NCBI GenBank assembly: GCA_964016885.1
Contig: OZ024743.1
Span: 110,794,001 to 110,858,000 of the forward strand
From: Eledone cirrhosa
Lineage: Eukaryota
Length of the DNA stretch: 64,000 nt
Direction: 5' to 3'
Shown here piece after piece: positions 39,811 through 54,734 of this stretch. Numbering within the stretch: the stretch's first letter is position 1; each line of letters opens with the position of its first letter. A program made the translations under genes and the position numbers. A model generated the notes under the pieces. It was not told the DNA's origin. It made no database searches and was given only the letters and a program-made list of their open reading frames with translations.

Positions 39811-42800
39811 CTGAAGTGATTGTGCAGATAATTTGTTGTTTTATCAGTTTGCTGTACATTGATAATGTAATTATTTTAAATGTTAATTTGTAATGTTAAT
39901 TATGAATTAACTTTAATTTTCGAAACATATGTCGAAATGTATGAAATTTATTTCAGGTATTTCTTTATTTAACTTTCTTTTTCTTATTACCTTATACACA
40001 AACATAAACAACCTTCGAAATTATTAACAACTTCCTGGAATTCAGAAAGCATAAACAACTGGAATATATACTGACGAACTATATAACATACTGTTTATAT
40101 TTAATAAAATACATTTGGTGTTATGTAGTGCAAGAATTTGATATTATTTGTGACAAATTTTGAATATGCTTGAAATAAAATTTCCAAAGCAAAAGTTACA
40201 TCTGTCAAAAGAAATTACTATTAAAATATACATGTGTATTGTTTATGAATATAATAAATAAATGGAAATGCACAAATCCATCCATATTCAAAAACATGTA
40301 AAATACTTGTACCCGGACATATTTGTATATGTGGATGCGTGCGGTTGTGCGTTTGTATGGAAATGTGTATAGTCTGTTAAATATTTGTGAGAGTCTGTAG
40401 GAAAAATTAAAATGCCTATTTAAAATGAACCCGGTTTGACATAAGCAAATTTACATTGTCTAGCGTTCTCGGAAGTGTCAATTTCTCAATTAGATTGTTA
40501 TCTTACGTTGTCACTTCAATAACAATTTCACAGAGCGTTAGATATTTCATGAATGTTTAAAAGCATTATTCATATTCGCTATATACGCGTAAATGGATCG
40601 GCGTATGTATATAGATCAATAAAACGGTTACACCTATATTGTATACATGAACCTGTATTTATGTAGATTTTGGGGAATCGTTCAAATAAGAAGCTAATAA
40701 GCATTGAGATTATATAGCATTACGTTTGAACTGTATTTTGAAATCTTCTCTATATGATAGGTTGTGTTAACCTCCATTAAAATGACAATTTAAATGGCTA
40801 TATATTCATTTGAACTTTCACCTTAATAAAATGATAAAAACAGAATGGCATATAATTGTCTGAAAAAATATCAAAGATAAATCCCTATAAAATGAGGTTT
40901 ATAAATTTACAATGAATCAATATTTTGAAAATAAAATGTGGTATGCGGCTCTTTATAAATAATTTAGAATTCATAAAACGTTTGTTCAGCATATATATAT
41001 TTGCTTCAATTATTTAGTGAAGAATGTCAGTACTATACGACAAATATAAGTCACATGGTAGTCGAATAGCATAGAAAAAAGTATTCGATTACATCATGAA
41101 ACACATTCCTATAGCTCACATTATAAAATAATTGTTTCTACTTTAGGCACAAGGCCAGCAATTACCCAATAATATTGAAAGTTATATGAGTGTCATCACT
41201 TTTACCTATTATTATATAAACATTCCCGACCTTCTAGGTAAGGAGCGAAACCCAACAATATAAGACATCAATGCCGTTAAAAAGTTTCATAACTGTAAAA
41301 TACAAACTGAATTACCGTATTTCCCGGTACCAAAGACGCTTGGTACTCCAGAACACACCCTAATTTTGACATTATTTTAGAACGGATATTTGTATCCGCT
41401 GAAGGTTTGGTTGTTATATATCACAAGTCAATGGATCGTGAAGCCATTTGCTCTTTTGTTGAATTAACGGGAATATATTGTAAATTATTATACCTACAAA
41501 AGCTTTACGTTAACACTGCCATTCAGAAGAGGAAGAATAAATGTAACATGGATAAATTCTAAAGAAATAAAGACCGGTTTAAGATGGAAATATATGTTAA
41601 CCAATATAATGTGTAACAGCGTTATATATAGAGAGATATAGATGGGGTGGGGCGTACGTATATGTATATATAAATATATATATATGTATGTATGTATTTA
41701 TAAGATTCATCTATACAAAACAATATCGATCGTATAGTCTGGTAATCTGGTAATCACTCGATGATAAAATAGTAACGATAAGGGCTGGACAGAAATTTCA
41801 GATGGCACGTATCCAATAATTTGTATAGATACATGGCCATAGAATGTATAATAAATAGGATGTTAATCAATGTACTTACGTGAAGATGGTAAATAATATT
41901 TCTAAGAATATATACAGACCTCTTTCGAGGCGAAAAGTAATTATGCAGAATACCATAATAGAAAAAAGGGCATCATTACATGTTTGGCCCTTCATAGTAA
42001 GCTACATCTTATCCTATTCACATAGATCCACCTACCTGTTATATAATCAAGACACATACTTTGAAAGCACAGGTATTAAAATTGATTATGGATAAGGATA
42101 CAGTGAGGCCAAAGGTAATGCTAAAAATAGATCCCTGTTAGGTCCTTAAGTCAGTGCAAATAATATTATATGTATCAGAAGTAACGATAGGAATAATTTT
42201 GATCGATACAACATACAACCGATCATATTGTCAAGCAATCGCTCATTGTAGAATAGTTGAGAGCATTACATAGCAGCTAATATTACCTACAGAAATGTAT
42301 TCAAGATAGATAAGTATAAGAAAATCATAATAACAAAACATGTACTTACCTTAAGGTGGTAAATACAAAGCCTTAAAGTCTGTAGAGACCTGATTGGAAT
42401 CAAAAACAACAATGCCCATTACCGATTGTCAAAATGTTCATCAAGAGAAAATGTTAACATACGGGAGATTTTGCCTCACCATTAAATATGAATGCTATCG
42501 ACAATGGAAAGAAAAGTCGCTGATATAGATTCAGACAAAATACATACAGAGGAAATAAATGATAATGAAATTGATTTTAGGAAAGATAGGATAGATAAAT
42601 GAAATAATAGCAATATACACAATAAACACATGTATCAAAAGCATGTGCACTTAGATATTTTACACGATTGTTGAATCAATTTTAGGAATTTCCAAGATGC
42701 CAAAGCTGAACCGGAATAGCAAGAATATAATGGGAATTAACCAACCATATTGGAAATAATTGCAGTCAAGCTGAAATTAATTTCTCTATATTAATCCAGT

Positions 42801-43667
42801 ATAGAAATCGTTTCCATTAAATTATATTTGTTATTTTTAGTACATTTATTTTGTTGTTTTAGTTATTCTTATTTTCTATAGGTTTTAAAAAAATTGTTCC
42901 CGCTGTTATTTCTTCGTCTGATTCTATGTCACATAAGCCGTTAATATTGTTAAGACAATAAATGTCGGGGTGGGGTAAAACGGGTAGTGGATGGTGTCGG
43001 TAAGAAATTATAATTGTTAGTTGTAATTTCTTCGTCACTTATCGTGAGTTAATTTTCTATAAACTGATCATAATATCGCACATCATATCGAAATATAATA
43101 AATTTATATTAGAATATTGATCAACAATCCATTATCAACTTAATCCTTTATTCATTTGCGTGTCCACGTTTGCATTCGATGGGAGTGATTTGGTTAGCAT
43201 ATTCACCCTCCACTCGTTGCGTTCACTCGTCATATCCTATATGGGGATGAGCGTTTTCTGTTCCGATAACTCCATTTCTGCCGATTTCTTTTGGTTGCCC
43301 TCTATGTCAGCTTCCATTCACAGAAAACTTATCCCGTACAGACTATATTTGATTCCTCTTATAACCGATTTTTCTCTCAATGCATCTACGATACGGTATT
43401 CATAAATATTAATAATTTACCATGACTATCACTTGATTTTTAATAACACTTTTTCTACTGACTTATGAGTAACTAATCATTACTGAATGGATCATTAATC
43501 AGAAAATGTAATTTTTTTTATGTCATATAAAACATAAATGTTTTCTTTTGATAACAACTTGGAAGCATGTATGCCTATGTTAGGAATTCGGATACAGATC
43601 TGTACTTCATACGCAGGAATAATTTAGACAGTGCATAACGGGCGTTGTGGAAAATTACACAGACACA

Positions 43668-43766
<99 letters not shown>

Positions 43767-45042
43767 TCTCTCTATCCCTCTCTCTCCCTATCTATCTCTC
43801 ATTCACTCTCTCTCACGATCTCTCATCTCTCTACACCCTCTCGATCTCTAAAACATCAAATAAATACTGAAAATGTGCAATATTTTTTAAGTAACAAATA
43901 TTTCTAATTCAACCATGCATAGTTTAAAGCTTTAGATAAGCCAACATGAGGAACATATTAGATTTTTCAGAAAGAAATTCATACTGAAATTATATATTAC
44001 ATAAAATTGATCCGCTAACCTGAAGAACCAGAGATTGGTGTCTAGCATAATTAATCCAGGTAGATGGAGGTAGCTACTTGCTGGATGTCTTCTAAGAAGA
44101 GGTAATACAGACTCGTGTTTATAGAATCCTCTTCCAGACGTTCCTTAAATGACATGTGCCACCATACCATAAAGTAGTTGGCCACATCACCAGCAATGCT
44201 GATAACAATGGCCGGACCTCTTTCGGGGAGTGAATGCCCCTTAAGATTTTATCTGATACAAACCGCACCGCATGTGCAATTATTGTATTTACTCAGCCAT
44301 CGTTTGGGGGATGGGGGTGTTTTTGACCATTGAGTTAATGAGTGGTGGTGTGTCTCTCACGAGTTTACTGTGATAGAGATGCTAATGTTCTGTGTAGCTA
44401 CGTATTACCCATCGCACGTAAGTTTCAGAAAATGTCGCAGCTAGCTGGTATCAATCCCATGGTATTTTACCATGGTCTTATTGATAATTTCCACGCAGAA
44501 CCTGCTTTAATGCGGAGTCCAATTATCCTTGGTATGTCATTATTCAAGGCTTAGAAATGGTTAGCTGTATGCGGTACGCTTGACTACTTAATCATGTGAG
44601 CATTGAGGATTTTTTTTTTTATTTTTCCCTATGATCTTGTGGTGTTGAAGCTCTTTGATTATGTGGAGTTTAATTGCCTGTATGTAGTTTGGCAGGCTTC
44701 TCTCATGACATTCTGCCGGGTTTGTCAGTTGCGATGCATACAATCACTCCATTTCTTGTGCGCTGCATGAGCTTGCGCAAAACCAGTTGCAAGTTTTTTA
44801 TTCAGTTGCTGGGCCTCCATCTTACTTTGTTTCTTATCCTGCTGTTTATGAATACATCTTAGTTTACTAACACGCCAAACAGATGCAATGCTTAGTCGGA
44901 TTACAGAACTAATGAATATAAATGAACTTCGACCGGAATTAAATTGGAATTAAAAATGGAATAACAACAACTTCACAACATAGTAACTAAGGACAAAATA
45001 AGGACACCCAAGGAAAATAGATATAAATATAGCGCCCGTGTC

Positions 45043-45083
<41 letters not shown>

Positions 45084-45217
45084 ACAAAACACAGGATAAA
45101 CAACAACGTAGGAAAGAAAAAAAAAAGAGAAGAAAAAACACACACACATACAGAGAGAGAGGGGGAGAGAGAGAGAGAGAGAGAGAGAAATAGAGAGAGA
45201 GAGAGAGAGAGAGAGAT

Positions 45218-45271
<54 letters not shown>

Positions 45272-45946
45272 GCCCTATGTAGTCCACGTGTTCAGCTCAT
45301 AGAGATAAGATGGTTCAAAGCTGCTAAAATGAAACATGAAGTAACAAAATTAGTCACTGAAGCAGTCACTGCATGTGTGACAAACACAGTGTAACGAAAC
45401 GTTTTTTATTCGCTGTTCCTGGCTTGTAATCACTTTTTTTGTGTTGCCTAGGTCCCAAATAAATAAAAAAGCGCTATTAAACAGTTAAAAGTTTGGGTTT
45501 GTAAAAATTCTAAGCTATTTTACTAGAATTATTTGTATGCTGGAGTTATGCTGTTGAAAGGACTTGACTGCTGTTTCTAGTTGTCGATAACCCTATTCAC
45601 GCATCTGGGACGAAGCTGGTATGATGTGTGTATTCCTAGTAGATACAGCACGTGTTACTGGCCAGTCGCTGATTTGAACTTAATGCGTAAACATAGATCG
45701 CTGGACTTCTTCTTTGTTGAAAATCCAAGTATCGGCATCCATGGTTTACCATTCGATTAATTGGTGAAATATATTTCTTTAATGGAATATATACAGGGAA
45801 GATTAATCATATAATAAGGTATCTATTTTTGAAGTTCTAGTTAACTTTATTTAGTTACCTACCTAGCTATGTGTGCTTACACACTTGTAAACATTATCTC
45901 CTGTGATTATTAATGTTTATTTATATGTTAATCAATTTCTAGTTGT

Positions 45947-45987
<41 letters not shown>

Positions 45988-45992
<5 letters not shown>

Positions 45993-46060
45993 GTTTCTAC
46001 ATTTGGCACAAGGCCGGCAATTATTCCAGTGTATTACTGGTACTTTATTGTATCGACCCC
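45988..46060 (-). mobile_element. SINE 3' half running into the gap
   Basis: Reverse complement GGGGTCGATACAATAAAGTACCAGTAATACACTGG..CCTTGTGCCAAATGTAGAAAC. Confidence 0.75.
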
Positions 46061-46260
46061 NNNNNNNNNNNNNNNNNNNNNNNNNNNNNNNNNNNNNNNN
46101 NNNNNNNNNNNNNNNNNNNNNNNNNNNNNNNNNNNNNNNNNNNNNNNNNNNNNNNNNNNNNNNNNNNNNNNNNNNNNNNNNNNNNNNNNNNNNNNNNNNN
46201 NNNNNNNNNNNNNNNNNNNNNNNNNNNNNNNNNNNNNNNNNNNNNNNNNNNNNNNNNNNN
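46061..46260. other. Assembly gap (200 N)
   Basis: Direct. Confidence 1.
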
Positions 46261-46316
46261 GAGTACTTTAGTGCGTTATGGTCCACCTGGTTCCTTACCA
46301 CATTTACTTCGTTATT

Positions 46317-46422
<106 letters not shown>

Positions 46423-46696
46423 CATATATACACACATGTATATATGGGAGGTGGATGTGTGCGTGCGTGTGTGTATAAATAAATGTCTATTCAATTATAT
46501 GTTTGTAATTTGAGGTTCTTAGATATCTCTGCTAACCTTGAAATTAGATATACCCATGTAAAGATCAGTCACAACTGTCAACAAGTATTTCAATATTTCT
46601 TTAATGATAATCTAAACTCTCGAATTAGATTTCAACTTCCTTGTGGGCATTGATTAAATCTCATATCCACACTCACACACACATTCACACACACTC

Positions 46697-46771
<75 letters not shown>

Positions 46772-46830
46772 AGGAAGAAAGAGAGATAAATAAGTATACA
46801 TATATGTATATGCATACATATGTATATAAC

Positions 46831-46933
<103 letters not shown>

Positions 46934-46934
46934 C

Positions 46935-47014
<80 letters not shown>

Positions 47015-47794
47015 TATATATATATGTATACATATATACACACACATATGTAGATATATATATGAATATATATATACATATATACATATAAATATATATG
47101 TATATATATATGAATATATATATATGTGTGTGTATATATGTGTATATATATATTCATATATATATATATGTGTGTGTGGGGGGGGGGGTTATTTGTATTT
47201 ACATTCAGATAATTGTATAAAATAAAAGCAAAATATGTATTCATATATTTATATTAAGCTGCCTTGTTTATGCTGGTTGCAATCATATGTTGCAGAAATG
47301 TTACACAAATGTGTACTTCCAATTACAATTACTGGTATGACGTTTGAAGAATAATATGTGAAACTTTGTTCCGTATGTCAAATTTTTGAAGAAAGAAATT
47401 GTTAACACACATAACTATTTTGATTATAAATGCTATTTGGTTCTATTTTAGTTTCTTCTCGTTTTGAAATTACAATTCAACATCTTGTTGGTTATACTTA
47501 ATTTGTATAACTTTTTTAATTTGTTTTTCTCATAAAACTGTATATTCCCACATTCACTAGCAAATGTGTATAAAGAAATATTGTCACTGTAACATATAAT
47601 ATTTTTATAACAATAAATTGAATGATATCTATATATTTATATATATATATATGCAGAGGTTAAATTTAATTTGTTGGGATTAAACAAGCTTAAACATGTG
47701 TATAACTGATATATGAAGCATATATGCATATATGCATACTTGTATATATATCTGCACATATGCATACATGCATATATAATTACATAAATATATA

Positions 47795-47891
<97 letters not shown>

Positions 47892-48502
47892 AAAATATAT
47901 ATACATACATATATATATTTATATGTGTGTGTGAGTCCATGCGTGTGTTTGTTTGTTTGTTTATATGTGTTTTCACACGAATGTGTAAGTGGATGTAATT
48001 TTGATTTTACATGTTATACATTTATTCATATTTATAAAATGATGTTATGATGTGCATCTACTTATCAATCTGTATAATGTTCAGCTCCATATTCAAGTAT
48101 CTATGATTCAAATCAGTTTACTGTGTTTTTCTATATTGTTACTATTTGAAATATGAAATATAATCACCGATACATCTAAATATAGGAATCCAGTTATTTC
48201 TCACTTACATTGTTAATGCATGTTTTTATTTCTATATTGATATATGTATATATATATATACATTTATATTTGTATTTGCTGGCATAGGCGTGCATCTGTG
48301 CGCTTATGTTAGTTGATATATTAAATTATCTCTCTCTCTCTATATATATATATATGCAGAATTTTATTTAATTTGTTGGGATTCAACAAGCTTAAAAATG
48401 CGTATAACTGATATAAAGCACTCAACAATTTATATATATATACATATATACATACGCACATGCATACACATACACACACACACACGCACACACACAGGCA
48501 CA

Positions 48503-48547
<45 letters not shown>

Positions 48548-48548
48548 T

Positions 48549-48587
<39 letters not shown>

Positions 48588-48696
48588 ATATATCATATTC
48601 TTACTTGTTGTGGTGGGGCTGATGACGTTGTTGGAAAGATCGTGTTCGTAGTATGTGAACACTACTTAAGGTTTACTTAAGCTGACCCACCTAGGT

Positions 48697-48799
<103 letters not shown>

Positions 48800-48904
48800 T
48801 TTTCCGTTGTGTTGTAATATAAATATTACACACAGTAGATTATCAGCTCACGTAGAGTTTGCTCGACGGTTCCAGTTGTAGTTCCAAAAGTAATCCGGAG
48901 AAAA

Positions 48905-49101
<197 letters not shown>

Positions 49102-49224
49102 GTTCTGTGTATAGAACAATGAAAACAAGACTGATGTCAGAGGCAGCTAATTTATTAGTTATGTTTCACGATCGTCAGGGGGGTGGGATTATAGTATGAT
49201 ATCGATGTCTCGACTGGCATGGTT

Positions 49225-49350
49225 GAGGTTTGGTTAAAATCCCGCCGAGGTTAACTTTGCCTTTCATCCTTACGAGGTCGATAAAATAAAGTACCAGTAA
49301 TGTACTGTGTATGTTGCTGACGTTGTGCCAAAAGTAGAAACAATTATTAG
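49225..49350 (+). mobile_element. SINE copy
   Basis: AAATCCCGCCGAGGTTAACTTTGCCTTTCATCCTTACGAGGTCGATAAAATAAAGTACCAG. Confidence 0.8.
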
Positions 49351-49639
49351 TCTCGAAATTCTTGATCGATCGACTGTTTTCGTCAGAAACATTAAAATGT
49401 GATATCATTTGCAACAGGTGCATATAAAGAAGCGGAGGCGCGTATAGTGTGTGCCGCAATGGGTGGAGAAATAGAAGAAAGAGGGATGCGGCTATTACGC
49501 GTAGTATCAGTAGAGAGCATATAAAGGGCGCATAAATAAACATGGGGAATAAAAAAATAATTTTGATAAAAATCATAGATGTAATAATACTACTTATAAT
49601 GATTTCTAGGATAAGCACAAGTTTACTAATTTATGAAGA

Positions 49640-49723
49640 GGGGAAAAGTCGATTACATCGACCCAGTAAGTTACTGGTGCTTTATTTGATCGACCCAGTA
49701 ATCATGAAAGACAAAGTTAACCT
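49640..49723 (-). mobile_element. SINE 3' half, cut at the 5' junction of Tx1 copy 1
   Basis: Reverse complement AGGTTAACTTTGTCTTTCATG..GGTCGATCAAATAAAGCACCAG..GGGTCGATGTAATCGACT. Confidence 0.7.
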
Positions 49724-52352
49724 GCGAAATTGGCCCTTGACCAATTCTTCAATGCAAAGCACGAAGGCTGCGTTGTCAGAGCTAGGGTGCGTGCTTTCAA
49801 ACACGAGGGGACGAAAGCCGTTCAATGGGCCCGAGTGGTGGAGGCGCGTCATGGCAACAAAGCCACGATCCGGCTTTTGGTGGACCACGACTGGCGCATG
49901 CAACTCGATCCCGGGCAAATATGTGAAGCTTTTCAGCGACACTTTGCTCAGCTGTTCGGAAACAGCGGCGGGCCAGATCGGGGGATGGACTTTAGTGTCT
50001 ACATCGACGGACTGCCGCGACTCTCGGTCACTGAGGCAGAGTGTTGCGAAAATCCGATAACAACAGCTGAAGTACGGGAGGCGATGACTGGCTGCACAAG
50101 GGGAAAATCGCCTGGTTTGGATGGTCTACCCTATGAACTTTAATTTCAGATGCCAGACTTGTTCGGAGGCCTCTTGGCGGACGTCTACTGCAACTGGCAA
50201 CATACATGGAGAACTACCAGCTCTGTGGGCCGAGGTGGGGTGGCGCTGTTGAAAAGTAAAGGTACGAAGGGATAATATAAATAATTTCCGCCCCATAACT
50301 TTGCTAAACACAGCGTTCAAGATTTTGGCCAAGGTGCTAGCAAAGAGATTGGCGCTTGCGTTGGTGGTCTGGTGAGAGAGGCGCAGACAGGCGCCATTCC
50401 CGACAGATCCATACACGACAACCTTCACCGCGTGGGATACATCGTTAAGAGAGTAGCTTGGGATCATGCACGGGTGGGTCCTTGATCAATTTAGATCAGT
50501 CGAAAGCTTTCGATAGGGTCGACCATCGTTATCTGGCGGCCGTCCTGAGGGCGGATGGCTTTCGGTCCGTGTCCAGAGGCTGGATCGCTGCCATGTACAG
50601 CGATATCTGCTCTGTAGTGAGAGTGAACGGTCACCTTTCAGAACAGTTCAACATCATGCGTTCGGTCCGCCAAGGATGTCCCCTCTCGTGCCTCTTGTAC
50701 GTATTGCCTCTCCAGCCATTACTGCTCAAACTGGAGATCCGTGTCAGCATATGCAGACGATGTCACTCTAGTAGTGTCGAACGCCAAACACATCGAGGCG
50801 ATCGGCACTACACTAAGAGAATACGAAGCGGTGACAGGAGCAATGATCAACCAGGAAAAGTCAGTGGGCCTGCAGCTCGGAACCTGGAGAGTCTGGTCCA
50901 TGCCGTCCAACAGCATCGTCGAGCGCTGGACGGACGGACGCGTTAAATTGCTAGGGGTCTGGTTCGGTCCGAACCTCCAGACAGATACAAACTGGGACGA
51001 GGTGACGAGCAGGGTGGCTTTTCTCATCCAGAAATGGGCGGAGGAAGCTATCCCTGAAAAGTCGAGCGGAGGTGGCTAACGGGTACGTCGGTTCCGTCAT
51101 CTACTACCGCCTGACCGTCGTACCTTGTCCTAAGCCCCGCCTGACTTCGCTGGAGCGTTTGCTCCTTCGTTTTTGTGGAAGGGACGCGCTCCGATGGTCA
51201 GGCGGTCCATCTGCTGTCAACACCCGCTACGTGGAGGGCTGGTCAAGCCGTGGCTGATGATGCGCAGACCCGCGCTCATGCTACGACATCTCCACCTCTT
51301 CCTCGACGGTGATCAGGTGTGGTCGCCGTTTGCTAGACACGTATTTCCCCAGCTCGTCTCCTTGACGGAGCTGCAGTCCTGGGTCAAGCGAAGACCGAGA
51401 GGGAGCGCTTGGAGACTGGAATTTCTTCAGGCGCTCACAGCCCTCGACCAATCGGGCAATGTGATCGGTGGAAACTCCACCTTGGCTTTCTATAGGGGAT
51501 TAGTGGAGGGGAAGAGCGACGACGTACTTGGGGAAACTCTAGGCGTCGACGAAAATCAACTAGCCAATCTCTTAGGAAGAACTTTCGGGCCGGGGCCTAT
51601 GGACAACTTCCAGAAATCCCTGGCCTGGCAGTGCTACCGAGGAGCCTTGCCAGTTCGGGATAAACTCTATAGGCATGTCCGAGGCATGTCCGAGATGCGC
51701 GCAGGGCGACGAAACCGTCCTGCACGCACTCGTCCAGTGTCCGAGCATTGCTGACTTGTGGGTTTATGTCGAACACCTGCTGTCGCGTGTGGAACGGATT
51801 TAGCTATCAGCTGAGTCCATTGTGAGGATTGCCCCGCGCTCTTCCTTTAGCCGGGAAGAGCAGGCAGTTTTTATCTGTCTGGTGGCCATGGCGAAAGAGA
51901 TAGTATGGTAGACACGTTTGAAAGGGCTGAAGACGAGCACTTACCTCTTCGGTGATACCCTGATTAACCTTTTCAAATTTCATTTGAAAAGGAAAATCAG
52001 GGTAGAAAGGGAAGTGCTCTCTTCCCAGCATTTTGTTAAAAGATGGGTGAGAGAGGCAAGAATGGCCCGAGTGAATGTGCCTACTCTGAGTATGTGTCTG
52101 TAAATTAAAGTTGGAAAACTAGGAGAGGGCATTTCCCTTGGTGGTCAGGGTCACTGTGGCTTTTTAATGGGCTTTCTCCACGAATGTCCCTCGGAAGTCT
52201 CCCTCCTATTGGGGAATTTTTTCATCGTTCTATTATTACATCCTCTGTTTTTTGTTTTTTTACACGCGGAAATGCGCATTTGTACCGCCCTGTATTGTCC
52301 TGTACTGTCCTTAATGTCTACTTTATGTAAACCCTTGTGGTTAATAAAGAAA
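49724..52352 (+). mobile_element. Tx1/L1-clade LINE copy 1, 5'-truncated and multiply frameshifted
   Basis: RT motifs NLDQSKAFDRVDH, SVRQGCPLS, SAYADDV. 3' UTR with AATAAA, then (ATT)n. Confidence 0.92.
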
Positions 52353-52596
52353 GCATTATTATTATTATTATTATTATTATTGAATGCTATGGTTGACGGA
52401 GGCTCGGCTCTGTAAGGTACTGTAAATTTTGAACTCTATAACAATTGTAAATTGTTTAAAACTTAGACCAACTTGTAGACAAAAACACCCTCCTCCTCGT
52501 GAGAGGGGTCTTTCTGGCCGTTATTTGACCCTTCGGGGTTAAATAACTGCTTATTGTGGTTTTGTACCCAATATTTATTTTAAACAAAAAAAAAAC

Positions 52597-54699
52597 ATGG
52601 CTACGAAAAAGAATTTGCATGGGTCACTCCCACTCATTCCGTCTTCTTCTTCCCCAATCGTCACTACAGCAGAGAGAAGATTGTCTCTCTCCCTCCCTTC
52701 TTTAAATGTGTCTCTCTCTCTCCCTTCTCTTTCGCAAGCGACGAAAGAAAAGAAAAGTCTCGTGCAAAGCGTGCAAGGTTTCTCCACGACGACGACGACC
52801 ACGACGAAACAGGTGTGCCGGAAATACGAAAACCCAGTTCATTCGTCTGACGTCAGGAATAATAGCAGTAGCAGCCGTAATAACAACAGCAACAGTGACA
52901 ATGAAAACAACAGTAGCAGCCGCAACAGCATCACCAGCAGCATAAACAACAACAGCATTAGCAGCAGCAACACCAACAACAACCACAGCAACAGCGGCGG
53001 AGGCAGTAGTCGTAGTACCTGCAGCAACAACAAAAGTAACAGCAGCTCTGACGACAACAACAACAACAGCAGCAAACAAAAACCAATCTCATTTGCAGGT
53101 ATTGCGAAAAACTTGGAAACATTCCTCATAACAAATGAGGAATTAGAGGAAGCGAAGAAGATGGTGACAAAGACTGGACACCGAGCAATCTGCAAGGCAG
53201 CGGAAAAATGTTTCGAAACCCAACAGCACTGTACGGTCACGTACCGTACAGTAAGTACAAAATCCTGTAGGGTGGAAAGAGCCACAGAGGCTCAAATACA
53301 AAAAGCCTTGGGGTCTGTGTGGCAGCGGAAAACGCAAATCACCCGAGGAAAAAAATATTCCACCGTAGACGTACTTTTTGCCACACCCCAGGAGGCAAAG
53401 GCCCAATCCGTAGTGACCCTAAGGAGCGAGGAAATGGTGTTGGTGCCCTCCTACTGCGGGCAAAAAATTGTGAGGGTCAAACTGACCCACGTCCTCCCCG
53501 GGATGGCCCCTTCTTGGCTGGCCGCGTCTGTCCTCGTCGGAATCGAGGACAAAACAACTGTACTGCAAGTACAGAAAAAAGTAAGAGAAGATTGGGTCGG
53601 CACCTCCATTGAGATGCTAATCCAAACCAACCAGGAGTGCATCGAAGCTATCCCGGATGTGATAGACTTCGATAACGGCACTCAACTGCCCATAAGTGTT
53701 GAGGGAAAACGCCCGAAATGCTTTCGCTGTGGATCGAAGACTCACCTCAGGGCCTTCTGCAACGAGAAGACCCTGAGAAAGGAGAACCCCCCCCCCTCCT
53801 TCCGAAACCGGCTCCACGGCTACCAGCAACAGGACAAGCGGCAACCAGGAACGATAGGTCCGTGGCACCCATACCCACGCCACGGAAATCAAAAACAGCA
53901 GCAGCAGTGGAAATATTAACAACAACAACAGCAATACCAAATGCAGCTGCAACAGAGACTCCAGTGCAAACATCACCAACAACAACAAGTGAAAGAGTGG
54001 AGCTGGTACCCCTCCCCGACCTCACAGAATCAGACATGGAGTGTGAGGTGGGAGAGAGATGGCAAAATGTCGTAAGAAGGCACAAACGCAGAAGCAGCGC
54101 ATCGTCGCCTTTGAAAAGGGAGGAAAGAAATGAGAAAAGGGTAAAGTCTATTGCAAAGAGACCCACAACAGCAACACCACCAACACCATCACCACCAACA
54201 CTAGCACCACCATCACCACCGGCGACAACCCCACCGCCAACAACACCTTCAACACCACCACCACAAGCACCAACATCGCAAACACAACAACAAAACACAC
54301 ACCCAGCAACAACGACAAGGAAATAGCAGACCCACACCCCACCCCCAGAAAAACAAATGCACAGCAATAAATACACACAACAAGAAACTAATGACTTACA
54401 TAATTGAACACACAGACATTTCACAACACGACTACATAATACCAGCACCAATCAAAACGCCAACTAACATAAGACTGCTAAAAATAGCACAGAAACAATA
54501 CACAAACATTAAAACGAAATTCCCCAACGCAGTTGGTGCTTTCAGGGACCTAGGAGGAAGTATCAATCGAAGAGTATATTCAGACATTCTCTTAGAAGAG
54601 CTCGACGACCAGCCGAAGGGACGATTCAACGGTCCCTTCACCAGACGATCAAGTGAAAAGGGATGTAAAACCATCCCTCCTCTACCAAAAGTACGGTAA
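52597..54699 (+). pseudogene. Copy 2 ORF1: gag-like protein with CCHC knuckle and S/N- and P/T-rich low-complexity regions; frameshifted
   Basis: CFRCGSKTHLRAFC. Continues through ORFs 53718-54326 and 54391-54699, with a frameshift at the poly-C near 53790. Confidence 0.8.
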
Positions 54700-54734
54700 G
54701 TGGTCTTTCCCATCTTTTCCACTCTATTTTAAAC

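Noticed and set aside
49350-49392. Minus-strand CTGACGA..GAGA hammerhead-like string
   Set aside because: GAAA is not intact and the downstream part is replaced by a SINE.
52702-54451. Long antisense ORFs over Tx1 ORF1 (also 59775-60359)
   Set aside because: By-products of A/C-rich low-complexity codons lacking antisense stops; not conserved between copies.
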